Assembly: GCA_963847705.1 (NCBI GenBank)
Contig: CAWKBC010000029.1
Location: forward strand, 64,001-128,000
Reading direction: 5' to 3'
DNA: 64,000 nucleotides
DNA from: an uncultured Pseudomonadota bacterium
Lineage (GTDB): Bacteria > Myxococcota_A > Polyangia > Fen-1088
This document shows, one piece after another, positions 18,799 to 27,515 of the stretch (positions within the stretch are counted from its first letter, which is position 1; every line of letters starts with the position of its first letter). The notes beneath the pieces were generated by a model. That model made no database searches. It saw only the letters and a program-made list of their open reading frames with translations, and was not told the origin of the DNA. The translations under genes were made by a program, and so were the position numbers.

Positions 18799-20079
18799 TC
18801 AGGAATCGTTTCGGCGGCCCAGCACCTGTTTCGCCGCCCGGTGGCCGCTGGCGATGCCGCCGTGGACGGTCCCGTTCTGGCCGTCGGATTCGGTCGCCTC
18901 GCCCGCGAAGAAGAGGGTTCCCTCGAGCGGAACCGCCAGCTCGGTCCCCGCGTCGCTGCCGCCGACGCCGGCGTAGCTGTAGGCGCCGCGGGCGAAGGGA
19001 TCCGCGAGCCAGTCGTGACTGAACCCGCCGCGCAAGTCCTGCCGCAGCTGGCCCGCGTCGGCGCCCAGGGCCGCTGCCAGGGCGGCGACCGCCGCGTCGA
19101 CCCGCGCGGCGCTGTCCCGCTGGGCCAGCGCCCGCGCGTTGCGGCCTCCGGCCCAGGCCGTGATGACCGGAAACGGCGGCGGCCGGCTGACCCACCAGAC
19201 GGGAAACGGCGGCTCGCCCGTGAGCAGGAAGCCACCCGGGGGAAAGCGCTGGGGCGCCACCCAGGCGTCGCTGGCGAAACAGAGGCTCACCCGCTCCGCG
19301 TCGCCCATCTCCAGACGGCCCATCACCTCTTCCTTGTCGGTGAGCCGCGGCGAAAACCCGATCGTCCCGGCCTTGAGCACGCCGAGGGGGACCGTCACGA
19401 TGAGCTGCGGCGCGGTGAGCTCCTCGCCCGCGGAGGTCCGGACGACGACGCGCCGGCGTCCCCAGCTGACGGTGCTGACCACGCTCTCGAGCCGCACCTC
19501 GCAGAGCCCGTGGTCGATGCGCTCGAAGATGGCCGCGACCAGGCCGTCGTACCCGTTGGCGAACCGGAACTGGCGATTGGCCCCCGGACGCTCGTCGGCG
19601 GCCGTGTTCTTGAGCAACGAGAGGACGCTCATGCGGTCCGGATCGGCCGCGTGGTATCCCTCGACCAGCCCCAGGCACTGCGCCTTGAGCTCGGGCGCCA
19701 CGTCCACCCGATCCACGAGATGCCGGAACGATTCGTCGGGTCCGTCCGCGGAGGCATGGGCGAGCACCACGTCCATCGCCGAGAAGAAGTCGGCCGGCTC
19801 ATCCCGACTCGCATCTTCGCGCGGCCCGCCGCGGTCGGTCTCGCGCAGCGGCAAGGCTGCCTCGCGCGCCACGCTCAGGGTCTCCTCGACGGCGCCGTGC
19901 ACGAACTCGGCCCCCAGCTCGACGGGCCCGTCGGGCGTGTGGTGGGTCAGGACCCGGCCGCCCAGCCGGTCGCGCGCCTCGAGCACCAGCACGCGCACGC
20001 CCGCCGCGGTGAGATCGCGCGCCGCGGTCAGCCCCGCGACCCCGGCGCCGATGATGAGGACCTCCGGCGGCGCGCTCAT
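18799..20079 (-). CDS. Flavin monoamine oxidase family protein
   Basis: IIGAGVAGL, EARDRLGGR, ELGAEFVHG, FARGAYS, FFAGEAT...GTVHGGIASG. Confidence 0.92.
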   Translation of the reverse strand: MSAPPEVLIIGAGVAGLTAARDLTAAGVRVLVLEARDRLGGRVLTHHTPDGPVELGAEFVHGAVEETLSVAREAALPLRETDRGGPREDASRDEPADFFSAMDVVLAHASADGPDESFRHLVDRVDVAPELKAQCLGLVEGYHAADPDRMSVLSLLKNTAADERPGANRQFRFANGYDGLVAAIFERIDHGLCEVRLESVVSTVSWGRRRVVVRTSAGEELTAPQLIVTVPLGVLKAGTIGFSPRLTDKEEVMGRLEMGDAERVSLCFASDAWVAPQRFPPGGFLLTGEPPFPVWWVSRPPPFPVITAWAGGRNARALAQRDSAARVDAAVAALAAALGADAGQLRQDLRGGFSHDWLADPFARGAYSYAGVGGSDAGTELAVPLEGTLFFAGEATESDGQNGTVHGGIASGHRAAKQVLGRRNDS

Positions 20080-20108
20080 GGCGTATCCTGGCGACCGGAA
20101 ACTGCGCT

Positions 20109-20774
20109 ATGGCCGAGCCTGTGAAGCTGGAGCAACTGGCATCCTCCGAGGGAGAGACCTTTCGCCAACTCTACGCCATCTACGCGGCGTCGATCGCGGC
20201 TCGCGAGCAGAAACGCGAGAGCTGGATCGCCGACATGATCGACGCTGCCGACTATCGCGTCTGGGTGGCGAAGGCCGGCGGCCTGGTGCGCGGTTTCAGC
20301 ATCCTGTTCGTGCCGACGGCCGGGGGGTTTGCGCTGCTCGAATACATGGCGGTCGCCCCCGACCAGCGCAATCACGGCCTCGGCGCCGAGCTGTTCCGGC
20401 AGACGATGAAGCAGGCCGTGACCCCCGAGGCACGCCCGCTCCCCGTGGTTCTGGAGGTCGACTCGGACCGGGAAGACGCCAGCGACCGCGCGCTCCGGAC
20501 GCGCCGGGAGCGCTTCTACCGGCGCCTCGGCTGCCTCCGGCTCGGGGGGCTGCGCTACCTCATGCCGCTGCCCGGCGAGGGCTCGCCGCCCGAGATGGAC
20601 CTTCTCGTCTACCCGGGAGAACCGGCGGGCGGTCTGGCGCGCAGTGGGGTCCCGCGAAGCGAGATCCAACGCTGGCTCGAGACCATCTATCGCGAGGTGT
20701 ATCACTGCCCGCCGGACGATCCGCGCCTCACGCAGATGCTGTCCGGCCTGCCCGATCCCGTACCGCTCGACTGA
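20109..20774 (+). CDS. GNAT N-acetyltransferase
   Basis: LLEYMAVAPDQRNHGLG (motif A), LEVD, RRERFYRRLG. Confidence 0.88.
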   Translation: MAEPVKLEQLASSEGETFRQLYAIYAASIAAREQKRESWIADMIDAADYRVWVAKAGGLVRGFSILFVPTAGGFALLEYMAVAPDQRNHGLGAELFRQTMKQAVTPEARPLPVVLEVDSDREDASDRALRTRRERFYRRLGCLRLGGLRYLMPLPGEGSPPEMDLLVYPGEPAGGLARSGVPRSEIQRWLETIYREVYHCPPDDPRLTQMLSGLPDPVPLD

Positions 20775-20793
20775 ACGAACAAGGAGAACCGAC

Positions 20794-21324
20794 ATGGAAA
20801 GTGGGGCCGCCGTCATGATGACCTGGAGCAAGGCCGGCGTGATCGCCGAGGCCCTGGGCTCGATCGGGATCGTCTGCACCCTGTTCTACTCGGTGTGGAG
20901 CTTCAAGACGACCCTGCGAGACGCCTACTACGCCGAGATCGACCGCGTGTACTTCGAGCTGCTGAAGATCGGGCTGGAGCGGCCGGAGCTGCTCACCTAT
21001 CCCGCGTCGCCCACCTCGCCCGCCTCGCCCGATCCGGTTAAGGCCAACCAGTACGGCGCCTACGCCTTCATGGTCTGGAACTTCGTCGAGACCATCTTCG
21101 ACCGTTGCCAGGGCTGGTCGAAGCGCCGTCTGCGCGAGACCTGGTATCCGATCATCGCCTCCGAGAACGCCCTGCACCGCGCCTGGTTCGAGCAGCCCGA
21201 CAATCGCCGCAGATTCAAACGGCGCTTCGTCCGGTTCATCGAGAAGCAGTACCCACTGGCGGGCGCGGGGCGGACGGCAGCGGTGGACGGGGAGTGGCGG
21301 GCCTCGCCGACGTCCGCGGGTTGA
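20794..21324 (+). CDS. Hypothetical membrane-anchored helical protein (DUF6082/DUF4760-like)
   Basis: RBS AAGGAG. N-terminal TM. YFELLKIGLERPEL...YAFMVWNF...RRFVRFIE. Family assignment tentative. Confidence 0.65.
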   Translation: MESGAAVMMTWSKAGVIAEALGSIGIVCTLFYSVWSFKTTLRDAYYAEIDRVYFELLKIGLERPELLTYPASPTSPASPDPVKANQYGAYAFMVWNFVETIFDRCQGWSKRRLRETWYPIIASENALHRAWFEQPDNRRRFKRRFVRFIEKQYPLAGAGRTAAVDGEWRASPTSAG

Positions 21325-21348
21325 CGCGCGGATCGCAGGGCGAGGCGG

Positions 21349-22446
21349 TCATCCCTGCAGGGCCGCCGTCTCCAGCCACCAGGGATGCTGGGCGGTGCCG
21401 TCGAACGCCTGGGAGGTCTTGTACTTCTCCCACTCGCCGGCGGAGGCCACCGGCGCGGTGCGCGCCAAGAGCGCCTGAAGCTCGGTCCCGCCGAGCGGCT
21501 TCCACCGATAGGCGGCGTCGATCCCCTGCATCAGGATCCCCAGCGTGTCGCAGCCGGTGATCACCACCGACGTCGGCTGGCTCATGGCGAAGTGCAGGCA
21601 CTGCACCGGCGTCACGCTCCCGTCGATGAAGGGCCGGCTCTTGAGGAACAGCCCCGACCCCAGCGGCTTCATGCCCAGGATTCCCATGTCGCGCTTCTTC
21701 GCCTCGGGGATCACGCGGGTGGTGAAGCTGTCGTAGTGCGCGTCCATCACGTTGACCGGCATCTGCACGGTGTCGAAGGTGAAGTGGTGGGCGTCGGCGG
21801 CGGCCAGCATCTTGAGGTGAATCTCCGGGCTCTTGTGTCCGGTGAAGCCGATGAAGCGGATCTTGCCGGCCTTCTGCGCCGCCAGCAGCGCCGCCAGCGC
21901 GCCGTCGGGGCCGAACACCCGCTCGGGATCGGTCGGCCGGATCACTTCGTGGATCTGCATCAGGTCGATCACGTCGGTGCCGAACGCCTTCAGGCACTGA
22001 TCGATCTGCGCGGCGGCGGCCGCCTGCGTGCGGCCGTCGATCTTGGTCATCAGGAAGGCGCGCTGGCGGTAACCGTCGCGCAGCGCGCGCCCCATCCAGA
22101 GCTGGCTGGCGCCGTCGTTGTAGTCCCAGCAGTTGTCCATGAACGTGACGCCGTGATCGATGGCGGTGCGGACGATGCGGGTGGCGGTCGCCTCGTCACG
22201 AAGGCCGAGGTGAAAACCGCCCAGCCCCAGCAACGACACCTCGACGCCGGTGCGCCCCAGCCGGCGCATCGGCATCTTGCCGCCCGCCGGCAGCTTGATG
22301 TCCTCGGGGCGGGGTGCGCCCGGTTGCGGCGTCTTGGGGACCTCGGCGGCTTGGCCCTGGCCGGCGCCGCCGACACCGACGGCCGCGCCGGCCGCCAGCC
22401 CGGCCCCCATCGCGATGAAGTCTCTCCGTCGGGTCTCTCGCGCCAT
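21349..22446 (-). CDS. Tat-exported aldo/keto reductase
   Basis: RRRDFI signal, RRLGRTG, GLGGFH, DNCWDYNDG, LMTK, GKIRFIGFTGH. Confidence 0.93.
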   Translation of the reverse strand: MARETRRRDFIAMGAGLAAGAAVGVGGAGQGQAAEVPKTPQPGAPRPEDIKLPAGGKMPMRRLGRTGVEVSLLGLGGFHLGLRDEATATRIVRTAIDHGVTFMDNCWDYNDGASQLWMGRALRDGYRQRAFLMTKIDGRTQAAAAAQIDQCLKAFGTDVIDLMQIHEVIRPTDPERVFGPDGALAALLAAQKAGKIRFIGFTGHKSPEIHLKMLAAADAHHFTFDTVQMPVNVMDAHYDSFTTRVIPEAKKRDMGILGMKPLGSGLFLKSRPFIDGSVTPVQCLHFAMSQPTSVVITGCDTLGILMQGIDAAYRWKPLGGTELQALLARTAPVASAGEWEKYKTSQAFDGTAQHPWWLETAALQG

Positions 22447-22723
22447 GGAGCTCTCCTTTGCGGCCAGGCGAAACCGCCTGCGCGAAAGCTCGGGCCGCCA
22501 ACCCGCCTCGTCAAGGCCCTGGGGGCGCCTTCATGACCCGAGCTCCGCCAGGCGCGCCAAAATGACCTCCCGGACCGACGAGGCATGGAACCGCCGAGCG
22601 GTCGATCGGCTTCGGCAACGAGATCCCGCTGCGACAAAAGTGAGGCGGCGTCGGCGGGTCCCAGACCGAGGGCCGCCGCATCTGTTATGGTGCGGCTTTG
22701 CTTCATCAGGGGATGGCTGACGG

Positions 22724-24149
22724 ATGGATTCTTCGTTGCGATCGATCGCGGTAGGTCTGGGTTTGGCTTCGGTGGCGCTGCTGGCCAGCTGCGGCAGCTC
22801 CGTGAGGCCCGCTCCCGGCACGGGGTGCTCGTTGAACAGCCAGTGCGCCACGGGCCTGGTCTGCACCTTCGGTCTCTGTCATGCGGCGTGCGCGGTCAGC
22901 TCCGACTGCCCGCTGGGCGAGCTCTGCGTGAAGTCGGGGTCGGTCGCAGACGGCGGCGTCGCCTCGCTCAACGTCTGTCAGCTCCCCGTGGAGAGCAAGT
23001 GCGTCTACAACAGCCAGTGCTCGCCGCTCGTCTGCGCGCGCGACGAGATGTGCCGCAATGAGTGCGTGACCAGCGCCGATTGCGTCTCCCCGCAGGTCTG
23101 CACCGACTCGAAAGTCTGCGCGCTCTCGTCCCAGCTGAGCCCCGGCACCAACGACGTTCCGGTCGTCACCAGTCCCCTCGACGGAGGCGCCACCGGGGGC
23201 GCGGGTGGAGCTGCGGGCGGCGGAGCCGCCGGAAGGGCGGGCAGCGCGGGAGCGGCAGGCAAAGGCGGCGGAGCCGGTCAGGGGGGAGTGGGGATGGACG
23301 GCGGGACGGTGATCGGCGATCCCTGCGGCGCGCCCGCTGACGGCGGGTATTACGGCCCCGAAGCGGTGCCCAACAACGACCGCGACCACGCCACGGTGCT
23401 CTCCATCGGGGTCGGATATGCCGCTTGTATCCAGACCCCCACCGACGTCGACTGGTACACGGTCACGGTCCCGTCCACGGGTCAGGGAGGCTACCTCACG
23501 ATCGGGTTGACCGCGGTCGCGCAGACGGCGTCGCTCAGGACCGATCTCTACTCGGCCTCGACCAACGGGCTCATCCACACCAACGACGGCTCCAACGCAG
23601 GAGCGAGCGTCTACACCTGGCTCGCCGCCGCCGCGGGCGCGCCGTTCAACATCGCGGTCTCGGGGGTCAACGCCGACAGCCGCGCGGTCGGCGCCTACAC
23701 CTTCACCGCCAGCTTCCAGCCCGCGGTCGAGGCCAACGAGCCCAACAACGATCGCGCGCACGCGACGCCGCTGGCCCTGGGGACGCCCATCCAGGGCCTC
23801 TTCTTTCGAGGGTACGTCGACGACACGACGATCACGGATTCCCTCCGACTACTACAAGATCACGCTGCCCGCGGCGGGGACGCTGTCGGCGACCGTCACC
23901 GACATCAGCGCCAGCCTTCGGGGCGAGGTGGCGCTCTACGACTCCGCGGGCGGGTCGCTCGCCACCGCCGATTCGGCCAACGAAACGCCCGGCGCCGACG
24001 CGCAGGTCATGTACAGCGCGTCCACAGCCGGTACCTATTACGTTCTGGTGACGGAGCCGCACCTCGGTGACGTTCCGCTGGTCGGCGAGGGGCGAACCCT
24101 GCCCGACATCGCGACCCAGCCCTACACGCTCACGGTCACCTCACCGTAG
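22724..24149 (+). CDS. Lipoprotein with Cys-rich N-terminus and two PPC-like domains, frameshifted near 23840
   Basis: Lipobox LASC. CxxNSxC repeats. E-x-x-PNNDR...DVDWY unit; the second unit continues as SDYYKITLP... into the frame of ORF 23928-24149. Confidence 0.75.
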
Positions 24150-24155
24150 ACAAGC

Positions 24156-26129
24156 TCAGAGCGAGTCGAGGTAAGCGATCAGGTCGGAGAGCTGATCCGG
24201 CGTGAGCGTCGACGTGACGCCGTGCAGATCGCCCCCGCCGCAGGAGCCGAAGCGGTCGGCCAGCGTGGCGGCGCAGCCGTCATGGAGGTACGGAGCGGTG
24301 TAGGCCAGCCCGACCAGCGACGGGACCTTGAACGCCCCACCGGTCCCGACGTCCACGCCGGTCCTGTCGTTCGTCAACTGGGCCCCGTTGTGGCAGAGCG
24401 CGCAGCCGTGCGTGCCGTCGGTGAACACGGCCTGGCCCCGCGCCACGGCGTCAGGGTCGCTGACCACCCCCGGCAGGGGCGGGATGGCGTTCATCCACGA
24501 CTGGGTGGCCGTGACCTGGTCCGTGGCCAGACCGGGTCCGCCCATGCGCTGGTTGTAGACGGTGGTCACCAGATCGCCGAACGACGCGAGATCGCCGTCC
24601 CAGTGGTAGGGCGCGCGTCCGCTGATGCCGCCGGCGACGGTCATCGTGCGGCGTGGCCCTTCGGTGTCGAAGTTCCAGGTCCGTCCGTCCTCTTGCCCCT
24701 CCATGTGGCAGGAGGCGCAGGCGATCCCGTTGCCGGTGTTGGCGTGGAAGATCTCGTGACCCACGTCGGCGCGGCTGACGTCGGAGAGCGAGATGGTCAC
24801 GCCCGCCGCCGGGATCTGGATGGTGGCCGGCTGGCGCGTCTGAATGATGATCCGGTTCGCACCGTCGAACCCGACCGCTTCGGCTTCACCGCTCGGCTGG
24901 GGACACGTCGCCGGGGACGCGGTCTGGGGCGGGCAATTGACGAGGTCGACCATCGCGCCGATGGGGGACGGCCCGTGGACGCCGTCGGGACAGCAGGTGA
25001 GATGGCCATGATCGGTGAGGTCCGCGTAGTTGGAGACGAACAACGACTCGACGAACACGTTGTGGGCGTTGCCCGCCGCCACCACCGCCACCGTGCTGCC
25101 GTCGCTGGAGATCGCGAAGTCGACCGGGAGCACCATCCCCGGGATGGGCGGCGTGAGCGGAGCCGACATCCCCGGCGCGATCGGGGTGAGCGCAGGATGA
25201 ACCAGGCCGGCGCAGGGATCGCTCGAGCCGTAGCCACTGGCGGTCCCGATGGCCCCCCCAACCCCAGGGTTCCCTTGTCTGCCCACTGTCACCGTGCCGG
25301 TGGTGCCGCGCTGGTGCAAGAGGACCGCGCCGCCGCCCGGTTGAGCGCGCATCCGCCAGGCCGCCGAGGGGGTGAACGGATCGCCAAGCCGTGCCGACGA
25401 ATCGACGTAGGTGGGGAGCACGATCGTCGAGGTGACCGCGCCGGTGCCGTCAACGACCAGCACCTGGGCGGACCGGAACTGGCTCACGAGCAGCGTGTCG
25501 CCGTCCACCACCACGTCCCGCAGATCGCGCGGCAGCTGCAGCGTGCGCGTGGCGTCCCCGCCCGCCGCCGGGAACGAGACCAGCTCGCCCCCCATGCAGG
25601 CCACGTGCACCAGATCGGTCGCTGGATCGTAGGCCACCCCGCGCGGGATCGGACAGGCTGTTCGGCGTGCCAGGATCGTCCCCGCGAGCGGATCGATCGT
25701 GACGAGCGCGCCACCACGGCGGAGGATGACGTGGACGTGCCCCGCCGCGTCGGCGACCAATCGGCCCGGCTCGTCGTGCGGCTGGAGCGCGATGGTGGCC
25801 GTCAACACGTTGGTCGTGAGGTTGGCCACGGCAATCGTGTCGCGGTCGGGATCGGAGGCCACCGCCGTGACGCCGTCCGCCAAGATCGCCAGGGTCCCTC
25901 CGCTGATGGCCGGCGGCGGATCGGCGGCAGAAAGAGAGGTGTCGAAGTTCGGGGGGTTGAGCGACACGTTCCCCGGGAAGAGCCCCCCGTCGGGCCCGTT
26001 CGACGTGTTCGGGATCCCCTCTCCAGGATTCGAGCCAGCACAGGCGCCGGACGCGGCGGCGAGGCCGAGGACCAGCGCCGTGAGCAGGCGGCGAACCTCA
26101 CGGGGCGAAGCGAAAGGCGTGGTGGCCAT
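24156..26129 (-). CDS. YncE-like beta-propeller fused to a diheme cytochrome c (peroxidase/MauG-like), lipoprotein
   Basis: CASCH, CALCH, APYHWDG, FKVPSLVGLAYTAPYLHDG. Lipobox SGAC. RBS AAGGAG. Confidence 0.85.
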   Translation of the reverse strand: MATTPFASPREVRRLLTALVLGLAAASGACAGSNPGEGIPNTSNGPDGGLFPGNVSLNPPNFDTSLSAADPPPAISGGTLAILADGVTAVASDPDRDTIAVANLTTNVLTATIALQPHDEPGRLVADAAGHVHVILRRGGALVTIDPLAGTILARRTACPIPRGVAYDPATDLVHVACMGGELVSFPAAGGDATRTLQLPRDLRDVVVDGDTLLVSQFRSAQVLVVDGTGAVTSTIVLPTYVDSSARLGDPFTPSAAWRMRAQPGGGAVLLHQRGTTGTVTVGRQGNPGVGGAIGTASGYGSSDPCAGLVHPALTPIAPGMSAPLTPPIPGMVLPVDFAISSDGSTVAVVAAGNAHNVFVESLFVSNYADLTDHGHLTCCPDGVHGPSPIGAMVDLVNCPPQTASPATCPQPSGEAEAVGFDGANRIIIQTRQPATIQIPAAGVTISLSDVSRADVGHEIFHANTGNGIACASCHMEGQEDGRTWNFDTEGPRRTMTVAGGISGRAPYHWDGDLASFGDLVTTVYNQRMGGPGLATDQVTATQSWMNAIPPLPGVVSDPDAVARGQAVFTDGTHGCALCHNGAQLTNDRTGVDVGTGGAFKVPSLVGLAYTAPYLHDGCAATLADRFGSCGGGDLHGVTSTLTPDQLSDLIAYLDSL

Positions 26130-26169
26130 GGGGAGCTCCTTATCTGGGGATGGACCGTCAGCCCTCCTA

Positions 26170-26196
26170 GTGTCGCCGGCGCGGAAAATCCGTTCG
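26170..26196 (-). promoter_or_regulatory. Putative ECF promoter CGAACGGAT-N13-GACAC
   Basis: Exact ACGGAT-N13-GACAC match to the 3375-3401 motif, 41 nt upstream of ATG 26129. Confidence 0.5.
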
Positions 26197-26264
26197 GGTT
26201 TTTCGAGCAATTTGGGCCAACCGCCGCCCACCATCCTCGATGCGGCCCGCGCGGGAGCCCATCT

Positions 26265-27404
26265 TCACTTTGAATCTGCGCCGATCTGCGTCCAGACCAG
26301 GTCCCAGCGCTCCTTGAAGTGCGGATCGACGGTTGCGGCGCGGCACTTCTCGAGCAGCGCGCGGGCCTCCGCGTTCGACCCGCGCGCGGCCGCCAGCTCG
26401 GCGAGGCGAAGCGCGATCCACTGCTGGTAGGTGGCGTCGAGGCCAGGCCGCCCCAGCTGCTGGCGCAAGACCCGCTCGGCTTCGGCGTTCTTCTTCAGCT
26501 CCTGGAGGGCGGCGCCCAGCCAGTAGCGGTTGACGCCCACGTCTGGCAGAGCGCGCAGCTGCGTGAGCTCGGCGTTCCCACCGTTCGGGCTCCGGGCGGC
26601 GCGCCAGAACAGAGCCTGGGGGGATTGGTTGTCGGGATTGAACGGCGCGAAGCGGAACCGCGCCGGCTCCGGCGGAGCCACCGGCTCGTTGTCGGAGAGG
26701 TACGCCGTCGCGGGGTCGGGCGCAGGCGCGTGCGTCCAGTCGCCGCACTTCAGCTCGGCGGACGACGCGGCTCCGCCGGCGAACCGAATCCGACTCATCG
26801 GGATTGATGGCCCGCCGTGAAGCGCGTTGCCCCGGTGGACACTCCAGTGAATGTGTTTTGCCCCCGGCCCGCCCGTGTTCCCCTCGATGCCGAGGGGCTG
26901 GCCGCGTTTGACCACCTGGCCCCAGTCGACCAGGATGGCCGACAGGTGCAGGTACTGGGTGTAGAGATCGGGCCCGTGCTGGACTCGCACGTAATTTCCA
27001 TCTCCTGCGTTGCAGAACGAAGCGCCCGCACCGTCGGTCAGGCTCGCGCTCGCGCAGCCTCCCCAGAAGTAGGCGACACCGTCGGCGCTGGCGACCACGA
27101 CGTGCGGCGCCTCGAACGCCGGCGAGGCCAGGGAGAATCCAAAGCGCTCCCCGGGGGCGCAGGCGTTGTTGATGCGCAGCCTCGGGTGGCGGAGGTCATC
27201 ATTGACGCAGTAGACGCTCTCACCCTTGGCGACCGGGAGCGAGAGGTCAATCTCCGCCGGGGCGGGGAACGGCTGGCACTGCCCGCGCGCGGGGCAATGT
27301 TCGGGGGTCCCGGGCGCGGTGCACAGCTGTCCGGCCGGGCAATCCTGGGCAGCCGTCGAACAGTCGGCCACGAACAACGACAACCAAAGAGCTGACGCCA
27401 GCAC
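26265..27404 (-). CDS. M23/LytM-like domain plus C-terminal TPR, possibly catalytically degenerate
   Basis: VVASADG, GNYVRVQH, YLHLS, VKRGQPLGIEGNTG, KHIHW. The first His/Asp zinc-ligand motif is not evident. Confidence 0.8.
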   Translation of the reverse strand: MLASALWLSLFVADCSTAAQDCPAGQLCTAPGTPEHCPARGQCQPFPAPAEIDLSLPVAKGESVYCVNDDLRHPRLRINNACAPGERFGFSLASPAFEAPHVVVASADGVAYFWGGCASASLTDGAGASFCNAGDGNYVRVQHGPDLYTQYLHLSAILVDWGQVVKRGQPLGIEGNTGGPGAKHIHWSVHRGNALHGGPSIPMSRIRFAGGAASSAELKCGDWTHAPAPDPATAYLSDNEPVAPPEPARFRFAPFNPDNQSPQALFWRAARSPNGGNAELTQLRALPDVGVNRYWLGAALQELKKNAEAERVLRQQLGRPGLDATYQQWIALRLAELAAARGSNAEARALLEKCRAATVDPHFKERWDLVWTQIGADSK

Positions 27405-27515
27405 GGGTGCATCGTACTCCTCGGCTCCGGGCGCGGTGCGTCCGTCTGCTTGAAGGACTTCGTCGCCCCGAGGTGGCTCCCTTCTTGTGACGGTCGCCGC
27501 CAGCACCTCGGCGCT

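Noticed and set aside
23830-23850. Programmed ribosomal frameshifting at the broken genes
   Set aside because: No slippery heptamers or consistent stimulatory structures; single-base sequencing indels explain them more simply.
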